Shown here: positions 62,231 through 64,000 of the stretch, in pieces
Position numbering within the stretch: position 1 is the first letter of the stretch
How the letters are laid out: every line of letters begins with the position of its first letter
Assembly: GCA_040273995.1 (NCBI GenBank)
Contig: JBELYP010000006.1
Location: 314-64,313 of the forward strand
Source: Arthrobacter sp.
GTDB taxonomy: Bacteria; Actinomycetota; Actinomycetes; Actinomycetales; Micrococcaceae
Length of the DNA: 64,000 nt
Direction: 5' to 3'
Position numbers and translations under genes: made by a program
Notes under the pieces: generated by a model
Seen by the model: the letters and a program-made list of their open reading frames with translations, nothing else
Databases searched by the model: none
Told to the model about the DNA's origin: nothing

Positions 62231-63435
62231 GCGCCAACCTCTTCGTCATTCTCGCCGGCGGACCCGTCCGCGTCGGCAAATCCTTCTTCATACGCCTGGT
62301 GGAAGGCGAGTTCCTCGGCGATAAGCGGGTGGGGTTCGGCGTAGACATCTGCGAATGAGTCGGCGAACCACGGCGGTTCCATCGCCTGCACGTCAGCGCG
62401 CAGCTGTGCAGCCAGCTCATCCGCTTCCGCGGTAAGGGAAGCGAAGAAGGCGTCATCCCCTGCCCCGGTGGAGCGGAGGTGTTTTTCCAGGCGGGTCAGC
62501 GGGTCCCGGCCGATCCAGGCCTGCTCATCGGCGGACAGCCGGTACTTGGTGGGGTCATCAGCTGTGGTGTGGGCACTCATCCGGTAGGTGAACGCCTCAA
62601 TCAGCACCGGCCCCTTGCCGCTGCGGGCGTGTTCGAGCGCCCACCGGGTTACCGCGTGCACGGCCAGGACATCATTTCCGTCCACCCGGATGCCGGGGAA
62701 CCCGTAGCCCTGGGCGCGGTTTGCCAGCGGAATGCGGGACTGGACTTCAGTGGGGACCGAGATCGCCCAGTGGTTGTTCTGGCAGAAGAAGACCACCGGA
62801 GCGTCGTAGGACGCGGCGAAGACCATGGATTCGTGGACATCGCCCTCGGAGCTGGCGCCGTCCCCGAAGTAGGCAACGGTGGCACCGGCGGCGAGACCTG
62901 GATCGGCTGCGCTGTCCCTTGCCATGCCCATGGCATAGCCGACGGCGTGCGGAACCTGGGCGGCCAGCACAAGTGTGTAGAGATGGAAGTTTGATTCCCG
63001 CGGATCCCAGCCGCCGTGTGAGATCCCGCGGAAGCGCCGCAGCAGGTCGGAGAGCTTCAGGCCGCGGGTCAGGGCGACGCCGTGCTCGCGGTAAGTCGGA
63101 AAGACGTAGTCCTGGGCAGCCAGAGCGCGGCCTGAGCCGATCTGGGCGCCTTCCTGGCCGGTGAGCGGAACCCACATCACCAGTTCGCCCTGGCGCTGCA
63201 GGGCGGTGGCCTCCGTGTCGAACCGGCGGATAAGGAACATGTCCCGGTAGAAGGAGCGCAGGGCCTCGCCGTCGATGTCCTCGGCGTACCGGCCGTACAG
63301 CTCGTGTCCGGTGCGCTCCCCTTCCGGGGTCAGCAGCTGGACCATGCCGTCCGGCGCGCTGCCGGGGGCAGGCACCAACGTCTCATTCAGCGCCGTCGAA
63401 TCGAATTCGGTGGCGGGCAAGTGCTCCAGGGCCAT
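62227..63435 (-). CDS. 2-oxoacid (pyruvate/branched-chain) dehydrogenase E1 alpha
   Basis: GQEGAQ, TPP motif GDGASSEGD...NN and HTTADDP. Confidence 0.95.
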   Translation of the reverse strand: MALEHLPATEFDSTALNETLVPAPGSAPDGMVQLLTPEGERTGHELYGRYAEDIDGEALRSFYRDMFLIRRFDTEATALQRQGELVMWVPLTGQEGAQIGSGRALAAQDYVFPTYREHGVALTRGLKLSDLLRRFRGISHGGWDPRESNFHLYTLVLAAQVPHAVGYAMGMARDSAADPGLAAGATVAYFGDGASSEGDVHESMVFAASYDAPVVFFCQNNHWAISVPTEVQSRIPLANRAQGYGFPGIRVDGNDVLAVHAVTRWALEHARSGKGPVLIEAFTYRMSAHTTADDPTKYRLSADEQAWIGRDPLTRLEKHLRSTGAGDDAFFASLTAEADELAAQLRADVQAMEPPWFADSFADVYAEPHPLIAEELAFHQAYEEGFADADGSAGENDEEVGA

Positions 63436-63579
63436 ACCTCTCCTCGCCGGGGCGGACCCAAGGCCCTGCCCCCGCTAGAAATATGCCGCAGCAGGTATAT
63501 GTACCCGTGGTGGCATATATGTGGAAGTTACTTCCCACAGCCTAGCGAGGGCGGGGGCCCCGACAGCACTTAGGACACG

Positions 63580-64000
63580 CTAGGAAACCCGGGGCCCTTT
63601 TGTATAGGTTGCACATAAAGCGAGGAAGCGGCTGTTAGCTTCCTCCTCGCCAATGGTGACCCGGATACCCTCGGTCCCGAAAGCGCGGACTGCCAGCGCC
63701 TGCTGCTCTGCAAGTACTGCAAACTCGGGGGTATCCTCCCCTAGGGCAAGCCAAACGAAGTTGCCTTCAGCCTGGGGAATATCCCAGTCGAGAGCCTTCA
63801 GGCCCTCCACTACGCGCGTCCGTTCGGCGACCAGCGCTTGTATTCTTTCCACAAGTTCGCCGTGGTGCTTCAGGGACGCAATAGCCGCTTGTTCCGCGAT
63901 CTGTGACACGGCAAACGGGACGGCGGTGACACGGAGGTACTGTGTCAGGTGCGGATGGGAGATGGAGTAGCCCACGCGGAGGCCAGCCAGCCCCGCGCCC
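63580..64000 (-). CDS. HisC/Pat-family aminotransferase, C-terminal part (runs off the window end)
   Basis: GLAGLRVGY, PFAVS, GNFVWL and GIRVTIG. Confidence 0.85.
   Translation of the reverse strand, partial: GAGLAGLRVGYSISHPHLTQYLRVTAVPFAVSQIAEQAAIASLKHHGELVERIQALVAERTRVVEGLKALDWDIPQAEGNFVWLALGEDTPEFAVLAEQQALAVRAFGTEGIRVTIGEEEANSRFLALCATYTKGPRVS

Overview
High-GC actinobacterial chromosomal DNA; gene content and style suggest Arthrobacter/Micrococcaceae (inference). From left to right: a GlcD-like FAD oxidase with a lactate permease, an SDR, an alanine/glycine symporter, a flavin amine oxidase and chaB. Next is a ~23 kb catabolic block (7813-30852) that looks less GC-rich by eye. It holds hydroxyquinol dioxygenase, maleylacetate reductase, LysR, an ABC transporter, a two-component flavin monooxygenase, MmgE/PrpD, a CouO-like amidohydrolase, a CoA transferase, a cyclase, ADH/ALDH and a P450-ferredoxin-reductase-HtaA operon. 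After it come gcvP-gcvT-gcvH-glyA-sdaA under a tandem glycine riboswitch with a divergent cycA-like permease, an Asp23 operon, aceB, ald, a GAF-ANTAR gene, katE and a 2-oxoacid dehydrogenase E1a/E1b/E2 operon. The best candidate for an undescribed system is 55266-58117. There a 16-aa peptide gene absent from the ORF track (MKKATAPVSIKSWEWF) heads an apparent operon with a stand-alone, divergent lanthipeptide/thiopeptide elimination-type domain protein and a 63-aa protein, opposite a TrmB/LuxR-type regulator. No tRNA, rRNA, CRISPR array, integrase or transposase was seen. All calls come from reading motifs by eye; no database search was run.
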